From Sphyrna mokarran (Eukaryota), in the NCBI GenBank assembly GCA_024679065.1, contig JAGIQG010000005.1, positions 82,336,001 through 82,400,000 on the forward strand: a stretch of 64,000 nt of DNA, given 5' to 3'. The notes below the pieces were generated by a model. The model saw nothing but the letters and a program-made list of their open reading frames with translations. It did not search any database and was not told the DNA's origin. The translations under genes and the position numbers were made by a program. Below are positions 23,766-37,726 of this stretch, piece by piece (within the stretch, counting starts at the first letter, position 1; each line of letters opens with the position of its first letter).

Positions 23766-25604
23766 TTTCTGCCTTTTTTGCTGCCTTTTCTTTAGTTCAC
23801 ATGCCAATATTTTATGATGTACATACTGGAGCAAGAGGAACAGCAGAATATTTTAGGGGAACCGAATAACCAGGCAACACCAAAGATAAGCTCCAGTGCG
23901 GAGGATCAATAGATTCAGATATAAGACCATACCGGGAAGCTTTGATTCATGAGACTATGCTTCAGTCACAAAACTTTAGAGGAGCTGATTTTTGCTGCAG
24001 CCAGATCTGTAACCAGCATTCATAGCTGTGAACCAGAAATGTAAAGATGGAGTCCTCACCTCAGCCGCCTGAATTTCTTATTACCATTTCTTTTTAAGTT
24101 CCATCAGGGGTGAGGGCACCATATGACAGGTCATGAGTAGATTATTCAACTCCTCCATCAGTGTTGGCATCATATCCAAGCAACAGAGAGAGGGAAAAAG
24201 AGCGAACCAAGGATTTGTTCTACATTGCTGGATTCTCCAGGGTGCATGAAGCCATCGCTACTTTAATTGTGTACAACCATGTCCAAAAATGAATCCTCAG
24301 AAACAAGGCTTACCTCGGAAAAAAAGCCTAATTGCTATAGTCATTGTTCATGACTTCAAAGGGGCAGACAACAACAAAGGCAGAGAATGCATAAAAGCAG
24401 GTCCAGGTAGCAACCAGGGTTGTGGTTGAGGAGAATACAGGACAGTTAAAGAGAAACTTTGGTATCTTGTCAATTCCAGCAGAATTATTCATTCATGCAC
24501 AGAGATCACAAGAAATGTTATATAGCATATTGCACCCTGCAAATGTTACAATGCAGCAAGGTCAAGAATGCAGCAAACAACAGCAGCTTACATTCCTATA
24601 TCACATTTACCATAATGAAACAACAGTTCAGCTTAAGTGACCAGGATTTGTTCCTGCAAACACATTTGGAGAGATGACTGTTGCTACAAAAAGCATCAAC
24701 ATTAGAGATAAAATCTGATCAACTCCAGCAGTCGACTGCACCTTGGCCTTCTGATGTATCATTTGCCTAAAAAATCACTCCCAATATTAGCAAATGATCA
24801 TTGAACAGTGCTAAGAGCCCCAATTGTGCTGTAGAAATATAGAGGCCTACACAACCAAATGTACCTTTTAGTGAATTACTACAAATTTTATGAACAACAA
24901 AACACATAATCACTTTAAAAGATCCAGTAATAAAAGCATGTCTTTAGTTGAAACAAACATCATGACTGCAATTTAATGGTTGTATTAGCTGTAATGGTCA
25001 CTAAATCTTGTGAGTAGCAGAAAACGGGATTTGCACTGGCGAGATCTCAGAATGACATAATCAGGTCCATGCCTGAGAAAGGGTGTGAGCCTGATTGGCA
25101 CGAATTAACATCACAGGCACTACTTCACCCTCTTTGTAACAATCCACTCTGCCAGTGAGACGTCATGTGGAGCAAATCACTGTGGAAACCTGTCAAGATG
25201 ACAATGCCGGATGTGCATAGATAAGTATAGTCTCCAGGTTGTGAGGGATATACCCAGGCATTATCCCCGACACTCTGGCAATGCCCCCCTGTACTGAGCT
25301 GGTATTGCCCAGAGAGGCCAATCCCCAGGTTCCAAATGTCCATATAGAGTCACTATGTCCATGGGGTGAGGTTGCACATGTCTGTGTGAAGTATTTTGTT
25401 GACCGTGGGGCTGGGGGGGAGGGAAGGCATGGCGGTGGTGGTTCCTTTTATTTAAATTGCAGATTGGGGCACACTTTGAAGAGGGAGCCCTGATCTTGGA
25501 GTTCCCAACAATGCAATGGCTTTCTTAGGCTTCACCTCTCCAGCCGTATGTATGAACCTCACTTCCCCTTTCATACAGAACTGTTTAATAGAAGGAGAGA
25601 AGCA

Positions 25605-26020
25605 AGAACAAAGAATAAAGAACAGTCTAGCACAGGAACAGATCCCTCAGCCCACCATGCCTGTATCAATCACATTGTCTTTTCAAGACGAACTGCCTGT
25701 ATCCCTCTAATTCTCACCTGTTCATGTGTCTATTCAGATAAATCTTAGGTGTCACAAATCTTAGTCTGCCTCAACCATCTAACCTGGCAGTACATTCCAG
25801 ATCCCCACCATCCTCTGTGTAACAATCTTCCCCTGTAAATCCCTATCTTTCCCTCTTACTTTGAACTTGTGCCCTCTTGTAATTGCCATTTCTGCCTTGG
25901 GAAAAAGCTTCCAACTGTTCATTTTATCTATGCCCCTCATAATTTTATAAACTTCTATCAGGTTGCCTCTCAACTTCCGTCCTTCCAGGAAGAACAATCC
26001 CAGTTTATTCAACCTGTGCA
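25605..26020 (-). mobile_element. CR1 LINE 3' end
   Basis: The minus-strand ORF RLNKLGLFFLEGRKLRGNLIEVYKIMRGIDK...TRGHKFKVRG...GIWNVLP is the CR1 ORF2 C-terminus. Confidence 0.9.
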
Positions 26021-27881
26021 TCCTACAAACTTTTTGTCTGAGCTAACTCTCTTTGGGAATCTTTGAGAAGATCCTGGCCCATATTTTTTTAATTTGCACC
26101 TTGATTCCACATTGTGAATAGGAGTGACATCAGATCCCTCATCTGGTATAAGCTCCAGGTACCACCTAAAGGCCAGGCGGACAGATAAGTTCTTCGACAT
26201 GTTTTATAGAAGGGAACTTGACTGAGATGGCCCTTCGCTTATGGAAGCTGATTCTTGACAGGAAGAAAATGCAGATTACATTTCTGGAAAGAGCTCTAGA
26301 AGGCCTGGACCAATCTGCCACGAATTGTGCTTTGAGTTGGCTTCCAGATTCCTGCAGCTGTTCTCTCCTGAGAGATGACAGGATTAAGCAGATGGAATTT
26401 AGCTGCTATCATCCCCTACACTTCTGGACTCAATGGTTAGGCTGATGATTGATTTCATGACACCAGAGATCCTTCAATCTATGAGATGCATTATTGATAA
26501 CTGTATGGAAACCATGATCTATCATGTTGTTCTGTTAATCTGTATGATCTGGGAGCTGTTGCAGTGTTTCCATGGAGGCGGAGATTCTCTCAAGCTGGCT
26601 ATCATCTGCAGAACTGCTGGAAATCAATGCCACTTACTGAATTACCTCCTGGAAGGAAATAAAGGATTCTGTTGGTAAATGAGAGGTTTGGACCCGATAA
26701 TCACCTCTGTCAATTTGATCCTAGTGGATTATCTCTTGATCCTGTGTGATGCTCATTTGGCATTCTTTTAAAAGGAAGAGTCTTATTGTCAACTTTCTCT
26801 TTCGCCTCTCCTGAGGAATAGACAAATCCTTTCCTTGCTCCCATGTTTTATATATTAGGAGAGATGTTGATGGGGTTAGTAAAGGCTGCTGAATATTGTT
26901 GTAAATGAGAGTGTAGGTTTCCTCAGGAGAGGTAGATAGGGTGAAATCTCTATGCTGGTTCAATGCTCTGACTGTTCACCACTCTACCCCTCCTCCGAAA
27001 CTTTGGTTTCCAATGTGGGTTATTATTCATTCTTTCCTCTCCCTTTTACTCCTCTGGAAAGTCCCCTTGGCTATGGAATTCTGCAGGGAAGAATGACAGA
27101 AGGAGGGAGAAGTGAATGTGACCACCTGGTTTGAACGGGTGATGGAGAAGAGAATAGATGTTGACATGGTTGCAATTATGCCATGGGGTGCTAGGGTATG
27201 GTGATAAGTGTTGACATATTCACCTGGGCCTGAAGATCCTGGGCCAGAACTTCCTTGGAATGGCTGTCCATGTCAGATTGCCACTCTATGCCAAATTACT
27301 GATGTGAGATTTCTTCCATTCCTGCCTCTCCTGACCTTCCAATACTGGCTGAGTGAATTCCAAGCAACACAGCTGTCCTTAAAGCTCAGTGTCGCAATCC
27401 AGCTCCATCACAGTGAAACAGGTCACATGCCTTTTTACCACACTCACTGCTGTAAGTCAATGAGTTGCAAGTCCCATTAAAATTCACAGACCAGGGAGAA
27501 TGTGAGTGTCTAAGGTAAATGAATAGGATATGGAGGGAATGAAGGCCAGGACTTTTGAAATGGGCAGGTTGGACATTGGGGGTTTAGACAACCAGAAGGT
27601 TCAGACGTTGGGATGAGTCAGACTTTGGGTGTGTTGGTGGGAATTTGGAGTGGATTCAGTTTGGGTCAGATCACTGCTGCAATGGGGGAAGTGGTGACGG
27701 CTGGTGTCAGAGACAGGGGGCTGTTGGATCAGCCCCTCTGGAGTGGCGGGGAGGTGTGTGGCGTTGGACCTATAAGTTGGAGGGGGAATGGTTAGTCCCA
27801 GGGATGTTGTGGGAGTCCTCTGGGCTATCAGGGATGTTGTGGGGGGTCCTTTGGGGTGGTTGGTCTGTGTCTTTCCAATAT

Positions 27882-28230
27882 GGGAAGGCAGTGGTGTAAT
27901 AGTATTGCTAGTGGACTAGTAATCCAGAGACCCAGGGTAATGCTGTGGGGACTTGGGTTTGAATCCTAGCGCAGGAGATGGTGAAATTTAAATTCAATAA
28001 AAATCTGGAATAAAAATCTAATGATGACCATGAAACCGTTGTTGAGTATTATAAAAACTTGCCTGATTCAGTAATGTCTTTTTGGGGAAGGAAATCTGCC
28101 ACTCTTACTTGGTCTGGCCCACATGTGATTTCAAATCCACAGCATCTGGATTGATGCTTCATTGCCCTCAGGATGAGCAATAAATATTGGTCCAGTCAAC
28201 CAGCCAGCGATATCACATCCCAAGAATTAA
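27882..28230 (+). mobile_element. tRNA-derived SINE with LINE-derived 3' tail
   Basis: A-box-like TGGTGTAATAGT and B-box-like GGGTTTGAATCC; the 3' end matches the LINE tails at 5283-5345 and 57745-57810. Confidence 0.7.
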
Positions 28231-30884
28231 TTTTTAAAAATTAACCCAGAGATCAGAAGTGGTTTTTCACTTCTGCAAACTTCCCCTGGCAATTGTCCAG
28301 GGGAAGTTTGCACTTCTGAGAGGGATTCCCCTTTGCATCTTTGGCGTAACCCCCAAATCAATATGAGCTGAAAAAAAATGGAACTGTGCATTTGCCATGA
28401 TCTTTCTTCTTGTGAGAGGCCAGGAACCTAGAGACAGAGTGCACCCATTGGTGGTGAATTTTGCAAAGTGCCTCATGCCAAATTCTTCTGCAACAATATA
28501 GGTAAATGAAGATTAGGCTTGCAAAGAGTGAAGGGGGAAATTAAATTAAAAAGAAGAGTAAGTTTGAGCATGTAGAGTGGTTATGTGTTAGAGAAGGTGC
28601 ATGACCGTAGGGAAAAGGTAAAGGTGCAGTTGCTTTCCGTAGAATGTGAAAGGTTAACAGTGCCACTGTTACTTCTAAAGGGTTTGAGATTGTGGGTGCT
28701 CAAAGGGAGCAAGAGAAAAGGAAACCTACTTACTCTGGTTGAATTATTGAGCTACTTTCAGCTTGTTATGCAATTCTTGATATTAGGAAACTGGCAGAGA
28801 GTGCCAGGGCCATCCCTCTCCATGCAGTAAGGTAGAGGGAGATTCCTAAATAACTTGCTGCCTAGCAAACCATGGAATCTGTGCCTCCTGCCTTCCACTC
28901 ATGTGCAAAGAGTTTGTAAATCTTCTTGTTAGAAATTAACAGCCTATTGTCAAGTTGCTGGCTTGTCATCCTGTCCCAAAGGAAGACTTGGTTTTGATCA
29001 CTCATGGTTCTGGCAAAAGGCAATTCAGAAAATAATGGGAAATGCACTGAGTGGATGATACATAATGGAGTTGAAAAAATAATTTTTAAAAGACTGTCTT
29101 CACTGTTCATAAATGCATTTAGGAAAGTTGGTACAGAGATTTCAGTAAAGTTTCCTGCACTTAAGTAACAGACTGTACTTTTAGGACATTTACACCAAAA
29201 CATGCACCTCTTTCAATGCAAACTTACTTATCCAGTACTCCCTCTGCTGATGAATTGTCTAATTTTTGTATAACAGGAAATTCAGGGCCATGTTTTCTGT
29301 TCGACTATCATTTTATACTACATCCCATCCTGATTGCATCCTTGTAAAGCTAAAATGTCCAGAGGCTTCTTCATTCTTTCCTCATATCTTAGTATGGGTG
29401 TTTAAAATTGCTAGCTTCTTAAACTTCCTTCAGGGCCTCATGTTCTGATAACCATAATCACATGGAGAACTGAGCAGAAGTTCCTCTGGCTTGTCCTTGT
29501 GAATTCCTCTGGAAATTCTGCGCATTAGTGGATAGCTGCAGCAGCAGCAGTATAAAGCACCTCTTATACACATTGTTCAATTTGCCTGACTTCACAGCCC
29601 CCACTAATGTTAGAATTTCACCCAACATATGTATCTTTGTGTGTACTGAAGGCTGAATTGGCATGACTGTGTCCAATGTTTAACAGGCTGCTGATATCCA
29701 TTACTGCACTCACATGGGACGAAAGACCACTTTGACAAGTCACTGTAAGTGACCAGCGTTCTCAGCATGCATTGTGTGACTTCAGGAAAGGACTGAAACT
29801 ACTACAGAATGAAAACCTTCTAAATTAAGTCACTGGGAAATCACTGTGCACTAATGAAGAGTGCCTGACATTTTCCACCCAATTAACAAAAGTATTTTAT
29901 ATCACCTTTCTAGTTCCTCGCTCTCAGAATTACTGCAAAATTAGTGTGAAGTAAACATTTTATTTTGTCACCAACTGATTATAATGCAGTACATGATTAT
30001 TGAAAATAACTATGAAACTCACAAAACAAACTCACAAATTTTCACTGGCTTATTTTGTTAACTCCTTGCACTAAAGATTTGTATCTTTTTTCAATTTATA
30101 ACTTTTCCTCCCCCTCTCTATCCCATCAACACTAATAAACAGAATGGCAGTGAAAAATAGTCCTCTTTCAAAACACTTGTACATATGGTTCAAAGCCAGA
30201 AAACAACATTGGAGAAAGAATATTAGGTGCAGAGTCAAGCTCATGCAACCCAAAACTATCCAAATGATTTTACAGCTAACTTCAGAAATGACAAGCACAG
30301 GAGATAAATAGTAGCATTAAATAGATTCGCTCTCTGTTTTATGGAGCGTCCAGAACAAACAGTTCCGTGTTGGAATGAACTTGGCGCAAGCTGAAGATCT
30401 ATGCAATGCAAAAGCATGCCATTCACAGTGCGGAGATTACTCATGCTGACAAGGGGAAATCTCCTCCATATCCTTATGTTTCATTTCAGTATTCATTTCT
30501 TTATTAAAAATAACCTCTTGACAGGTTAATTTTCGATCACTGCAAAACCTAATTGACTGCAAATGATAAAGTAATTTCTTCTATTTGAAGAACTCCAGAG
30601 CAAATGACATTGCTCAGTGCATGAAGGACAGCAGTGAAGTTGATCCAAGGCAGAGTGGTGAATGAGCTTTGGTTAAATTAAATGAAGTACTATGTGCAGC
30701 GTTTAATTTTTTAGAAGGTTCATCTTGTGTTAGAGAGGAGTTAACTTTTCTTTTCTTGTGTTCTCTCCTGAAAGTTTGCCATCAAATTACCTGCTATAAG
30801 AACAAATATTTAATTATTATGAACGCAATAAGAGCAGTGAAAAATCTGAAGGCTGCATTTGCACAGGCAAATTCAATGTTGTTA

Positions 30885-31455
30885 TCCCAGTAAAGTACTG
30901 AGAAAGCATTGCGCCGTCTTTTAAATGAGACAACTAAATTGAGACTCTGATCCATCTGTTTGGATCATTATAAAAGATCCCATAGCACTATTTTGAAGCC
31001 CTGATGTAGAGTTGCCTGCATTGAACTGCGGTGGGGACAGCAAGAAGCCTCACAACACCAGGTTAAAGTCCAACAGGCTTATTTGGAATCATGAGCATTC
31101 GGACTGCTATTCTTTTATCAGGTGAGGTCTCACACAATGTAGGGGCAGCAGTCCGAAAGCTCGTGATTCCAAATAAACCTGTTGGGCTTTAACCTCGTGT
31201 TGTGAGACTTCTTACTATTTCGAAGAACAGGGGACTATTCCCAGTCTCCTGACCAATATTTATCCTTCTGTCAGCATCATAAAACACAGATTATCTGGTC
31301 ATTTTCACATTGCGCTTCATGTGAGTTTGCTCAGTGCAAATTACTTGCCATGTTTCTTATGTTACAATAGTGATTATACCTCATCAGCCATAAAGCATTT
31401 TGAGCCATCCAGTAATTGTGACCAGCACTGCATAAATGCAAGTTGTTCTTTTTGG
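30885..31455 (+). mobile_element. SacSINE1/Deu-SINE-like element interrupted by a Penelope-derived palindrome
   Basis: TAAAAGATCCCATAGCACTATTTTGAAG ... GAAGAACAGGGG...CCAATATTTATCC...CAGATTATCTGGTCATT...ATAAATGCAAGTT. Confidence 0.8.
31001..31213. mobile_element. Penelope pLTR-derived inverted (palindromic) insertion
   Basis: 31042-31126 and 31129-31213 are reverse complements; the sequence matches the terminus of the Penelope element at 40285-40420. Confidence 0.8.
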
Positions 31456-34400
31456 AATTCAAATACCCAACATTTATTACATGCTGTTTCAGCCAATGGT
31501 GGTTAAGTTTGCATTGCAACTGCAGTGCATTCAAATGTATGACTTATGTTCGCTTTTCCCTTCACTTATTTATGCAAAGAGGTTTATTCAAAGTTTCCTC
31601 TGCTGATTCTTTTAGGCTATAAAAAATGTAATGGAAACACTCAGTAAGCTCATCATTCTCATTATGCTTACCATGACAGCTTTGTATTAGTTGCAGATGC
31701 TGGGCTATGCAAAATCAGATCTTCCACAGGAGGCCTGCTTACAACTGGCCGCTTGTACTCGGATGGACTAGGGCAAGAAAGTCAACAAGAGCTCTGCAAA
31801 TATGTGAAGTTTGTCACCTCCCCTGTTGTTTTGAGTTGCAAAACCTGCACACAAAGAATAAGAATTGTTAACTCATTTTGTAAGTTTCTTTTGTAAGTTT
31901 TCAATTGGACACAATTCAATATGGAAGAGGGTTGAAGATGCCTATTTGTCATACTCCAATTGGTATGATGCATTTCTACTGCAAGGATATCACTTGAAAT
32001 GACATTTTGAGGATATGAAAGGAACTCTAAACAATTATAATTTCACAAAGCAACAGTGGAACATGAAGGTATTTGGCATTACAATGTTGTACTTATTGAA
32101 GCAGGTTTTTATTTTCACTGGCCTTTCTCCACATAAGCATGATCAATTTGAACAGACTAATTCATTACAGGAGTACTGAAGACAGCAGAAGCCATGTCAA
32201 TCTAGTATAACAGAGGACTTCCACAAGAACTATAGTGATGACAGCTGATGGAGCTACAGATGAAAATAATTGCAAACGATTCAAATATAGCCTTAGAATG
32301 AGATTTTCTTTGACAATTCTGAACCAAGAAATGTGACTCACTCTCTTCCATTTTTTCTGTTGCTCTCTCAGTATCTGACCTTTTGTGATGAACGTCATGA
32401 GTTGAAATTGCAGATGCCAGGAATACAATTCAACCAGGGGATGAAAAAGATAGTTTGGAAATGCCAGTGAATTGAAGTACATGTATTTTAACAGCTCAAA
32501 GTGCTAATGGAACTTGTGAGTACTTAACAACGCAAGTAACTGCCAGGAAATAAGAAATTTCTGAAAGGAATATAGGGTGGAAATTTTACATTAGGTTTTA
32601 AAAAGAATCTGAATGATGATTTCTATTACTTATCAACAGTTGGATTTAATTTTCTATATCCACTATTGCAATCAGTCCTTTTTACAAATGTGGTTAGGAG
32701 CTGACTTGACTAAATATTCACAATAAATGTAATCATTTATTTGAATTTTGCTGTGCCAACATTCCTCCCTCAATCAACACAACCTCAAAATAGACCGATT
32801 CATCATTCAACTTATTCCTGTTTTGGGGACGTTTGTGGTGAAGATTGCCTGCCACATTTATCTTCCGAAGAAGTGGTCTTAAAAGTAATTCATTTCTGAA
32901 AATTTTTCAGACATTTATATGAGAAGAAATGAAATTGTATCTAAGTGGAAAACATTTTTTACAAATAAGTGAAGTAGCAATCCTGAATATTGCAAAATTT
33001 TGCATATCGCGGGCAGAAAGATTCTCATTACAAAATTGCTTCCTATACTGACAGGATTTGGTTGTGTAAAGATGATACAATAACCTGGGGTGAAATAGAT
33101 TATTATAACACATTATTATAAATATTTGATTTGATTATTCATCTGTTTTAGGAAGATAACTTTTATTTCTGGGATTGATTTTTAAAAATAAGATCGATAA
33201 AACCTAGGTTGAGAAGTTGGTAAACAATGCAATTGCAAATCAAAAGACAGCCTGTATTTGTTTTAATAAGGTCAGGAGTGGAAGTGGGAAAACATTAAAT
33301 AATGGATTATATTCTCTGGGCTTGATGAGACAGTGGGGTGAATTTTCCTGATCTGCCAGATTCAGGCATCATAGTGGGTGCGGGACAGACTATGAAAAAG
33401 TCTGTTGATCTTGGGTGCGAACTTCCAGTTTCAGGATGAACGCGGCTGGAAAATCCCAGTCAGAGAGTCTTCAACTGCTTCATTAAGTAGTTTAAATTAT
33501 TCATATGGTTTTCCAGAACAAAGGAAGGCTTTGAGAATTGATGGTAATTTGTTTAAATCTCTATCTGCAACATTCCTGCTGTGCCTCTTTACCTTGAGGG
33601 TGGATTGGTGGGAGTATTTTTTCTGTTTCTTTGTTTGGGGTAATTTTCACAAAATCAGGGTCTCCAGTTAGAAGCAGCTTTGATAAAAGCAGCAAGATCT
33701 TTCTTGCTGAGAGCTGTCAGAACTCAATGGTATTTTATGATTTGAAGTCACTAAGCAAGGATGTAGGAAGATCAATGCTAGAACTTGGCAAGCCACAACT
33801 GTGAGGTGTTGAAGGGGAGTTGGAGGGCTTGGCCAATGCTTGTAGAAATTAATATTAATATCAAACATCAGGTAACTGTAGCACACTGAGGAGAATCAAA
33901 ATAAATTCCAAAGAGCTGTGGTACATCTTGATTTGGTCACAGGGAAAGTGAAGGAACCCTCAGTAGAAGGGAACTCTGAGGTGAAAATAAAAGTAGAATG
34001 GTTAGTGATTATTTGAGAATTGCTCTTACAAAGTAAAGGCTTTTGTTTAAAACATGAAATGTTGTAATGTAATTCTTTCATTTAATAACAGTACTTGAAT
34101 TTCTTTTTGAAATTTAATGATTTCTACTGAGATCATAAACTTTGCAAATTATATATCAGTGGCTCTCTTTTCAAAGAATCCTACAGAAAGTTATTCTGTA
34201 AGACCTGAAGCAGACAACAAGAAAGCAAAGATTCATTTTCATATATTAAAAAGAGACAGAAGAGGGATTTGGCTGCAAATTATGAAAAAGGTTAGGCAGA
34301 GGCTATCAATGATAGAGCTGTTAAGAAATGGATGTAGAGAGTTTTAGCTGTGAAACAGAAAAACAGAATATACTGTTGATATTTTAAAGGACAAACAAGC

Positions 34401-35799
34401 AAGAATTCAGTCATGGGACATAAAAACAAAGGATTCAGAGGAAATGAAAGGAGAAAGAATGCAAAGAGTTAAAATCTGGTAAGTGAGACTGGAAGGGATC
34501 AATTGTTTCAGGCCTGGATCAGTATACAAAGGGATTCTGACACAGTGAGTAAAAGGAGTCAAGACAGAAAGTATTTACCTGATGATAATCTCGTGATGTG
34601 CATCTAATTAGTTGATTCTTCATATTCTAGAGTAAGATACTGGGGCAGGTTGTATTAAGCATCTTGATGATCCATTTAAACCTCCAGCTCCTAATCTGTT
34701 GAAATTTGTGGTATAGTTGATTTTTTAGTAGTGTGATATTTACACAGATTAACATTCATATTTCTTAATGTGGCCAAAATCATGTTGTCAAACCATTGAG
34801 GTCAGCGCACCATGGGGTGGCATTATCAATATCAAGATCTGAAATTACAGTCCACTCTGGTGGGTTTTGAGGCAGGGCAGTGGGAAGCATGAAATTGCAT
34901 GGATAGGATTTCCTCTGGGATTCTACCCACAGGGCCTTGTGGGGTGGGGAGAAGGCTATCAGTTGTTGCTCCAATTAAGGCCCTTCAGTGGGCATTATTT
35001 TTTTTCCACCTGGCCTCAATTTTAAAGCTGGCAGGTGCTTGACAGATTCAGGAACAGTTGGGGTGGGAATAGAAAAATTTAAAAACCTACATCTCAGGTG
35101 ATAATTTCGGGATTCAGGTGTTGGGCGCCCTCTGCTGAAGGCTCAGAGACTTCAGGCATACCCCTGAACCTCAATGTCCTTCTGGTGACCCTGCAGGTGT
35201 CACTTACCCTCCCTTCAGTGGGATCCTAATCGCTTACCTGGTTTCCATGTCTCGACACTTAGTGCCTCTTCCAATCACTGCAGCACTATGCCTGAAGAGC
35301 AGGCTGGCAGCTCTCCAATGTGGAACTTCCTCCCAAGTGGTGGCCGATCACCTGCCACCTGAGAAATGCAGATCGAAATATGCTAATTAGTGTAGGAATC
35401 AGCTGACCGATAGTTCCTTATTTATGTGCTGCATGCTCTTACGTAGCATTGAAAATAGATTCTCACGACAAAAACAGTTTGTTTCCATATGAAATAATGA
35501 CTGCAAATGAATAATTGTCCAAATTTTTATTACCGACCTTGGAAAAACTAAAGCTGAAGTTCATTTTGACTGTTCGCTATAACAAATAATTTGGGATGAC
35601 ATGGAGCTCAATAATTGATTGTACAGGTTTTGCAATGATTTAGTCAGTAAATGCAGTGATAAACAATCTCTCCTCTAATTTCATTTTTGTTACATATGTT
35701 CTAATCAGTTAAGACTATGGATATTCTAAATCTTTTGTGCAATTGTGCCTATTTGGTGACTTAAAGGGGTGCCTTGTGCACAGCCTGCGCAGAGATTTT

Positions 35800-37726
35800 G
35801 GGTGAAATTTTATGACCATGTTGTGCCCGTTTTGCAGTAAGAAAATGTCGTAAAATCTGGCGTAAAGTGGCGAGTGGAAATGGTGCCCATTTTCACATTG
35901 CTAGTGATTTTAAAACACCAGTATTTCCAGTGCTGTCAGCTTCTCACTGGAAATGGGTGAGATGCTGGTTAATTTATTTAAATACATGGAAATGCTGTTT
36001 TGCATCTATTTAGCGAACCTGATGCCCAATCATCCATGCTTACTGGGAGAGATTCACTCCAGTGAGGAAAACGCCTGCACCTCGTGAGTAAGGAACAGTT
36101 GGCCTTACCAGCGGAACCAGAAGCCATTGAGCCCTCCTAAGGAAGCTGTGTATAAGACAGAGGTGTCTTTCAGACATGACAGACTGGCAGTGCACCTTGG
36201 CACAGCCAGCCTGCACTTGGGTAATGTACACTGGATACCTTGGCAGTATCCACTGGGTAGTGCCAGGGGGCAGAGCCAATGGGATGGTGCCGGAGGTGGG
36301 CCAATGGATGGTCGGGGACTGTGGGGGTGGGCCAATGGGGGTGAGGCCAATGAGAATTGAGGAGGTTCGCTGCTATTCTGCCTGTAATTAGTGTGCAAGG
36401 GAATGGGAGTTGTGATTGGTCTAGATAACGGAAGGTGGTGACAGTAGGAGCTGCATCACTATAGGATCTCATGATAATGGGGGGAGGGGGTAGGTGCTGG
36501 TTGAAGTTGCCTGCAGTGGCAGGGGCTTGACAACTTTCTCTGTATCTCAGATCCCTGCTATTGTTATTGTGCAAGTGCAGCATCAGAAGTCTGCACATAA
36601 CGCAATACGTTCTGCTACATGCTGGCTGGTGACTTAAGTCCATAGCATCTCCTCTCTGTTTAGAAACTTGCTAGAAACTGAGTGCATAAAATTGGATGTA
36701 AAACCCATCTAAAAACACATCAGTAACTCTCCCATTTTTACCCTAGCTGGACACCTAGGGCAGGTTTTATAACCTCTTTATGCCCTTTTTGAGGTGGGAA
36801 AATGCCGTAAGCATAAAGCGACTAACAGTTTCTGTTTTTGTGCATGTCACAATTTTATGACATTTTATGGATTTCCAGTACAAGCAGCTTCTCACCAGAA
36901 ATATGTGAAAGGCTGATTTATTTATTTAAATTTATTTAAATATTGATTACATTGTGTTTAGCAAGCTTGGTACTCAATTGTCATGCTCACTTATCTTTAT
37001 GGCCTCACCGGGAGGAGGTTCCCTTCAGCGAGGGAAATACCTGCTCCCCATGAATAAGGAACAATTATGTTGGCCTCGCCAATGGACCTGGAGGCCACTG
37101 AGGCACCTTGGGGAGGCCAAATGCAAGGCAGTGGGCATTTGGGCAATGTCAGCCTGGCACTTGAGCAATGATCACGGGGCAGTTGGGCAATACCCACTGG
37201 GCAGCTCTAGGAGGTGGGGCCCATGGGGGCAATGCCAGGGCAGGGCCAATGGGGTGGGCTGAAGGTGTGGCCAATGGGGGTGGGGGACCCATTGCCATTC
37301 TGCCTGCAATTGGTGGTGGAGGGAACGACAGTCACTGGGTGGTGGGGGGGGCGGTGCTAGGGGCTGTATCTCAGACCATGGACCCCCACGATTGCAGAAT
37401 GAAGAACACTGGTTGGATTGTCCGCTGTAACAGGGCTTAACTCTCTCTGCCTGACCCCTGCTTCTGTTCATGCACATGTGTAGAATCAGAAGTCTGCACA
37501 TGCGCAATATCTCCCTCTACAGGCTGGCTGGCAAGTTATGCCCCACCCACAGACTCTCTGGCTGGAAACCAACTAGCACATCATTCCATAAACAGAGTAC
37601 ATAAGATTGGACATAAAAACTCACTCAAAGAGGGATCTGGAACTCTTCCATTTTCAAACCAGCTGGACATTTTGAAAAAATCTTGTAAAATCCCACCCTT
37701 AGAATCAATCTTCTAAAATTCCGCCC
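35800..37726. mobile_element. Non-autonomous TIR element (PIF/Harbinger-like) with a related element nested near its right end
   Basis: Outer TIRs are GGGTGAAATTTTATGA and TTCTAAAATTCCGCCC. The inner element 36758-37698 has TIRs GGGCAGGTTTTATAA and TTGTAAAATCCCACCC, flanked by CTA and TTA. Confidence 0.75.

Noticed and set aside
26020-27480. Possible decayed Harbinger transposase or Myb/SANT coding remnants
   Set aside because: I could not identify DDE or SANT motifs by eye; a translated profile search would be needed.
27882-27970. Possible tRNA gene
   Set aside because: The A and B boxes belong to a SINE head, and no complete cloverleaf is evident.
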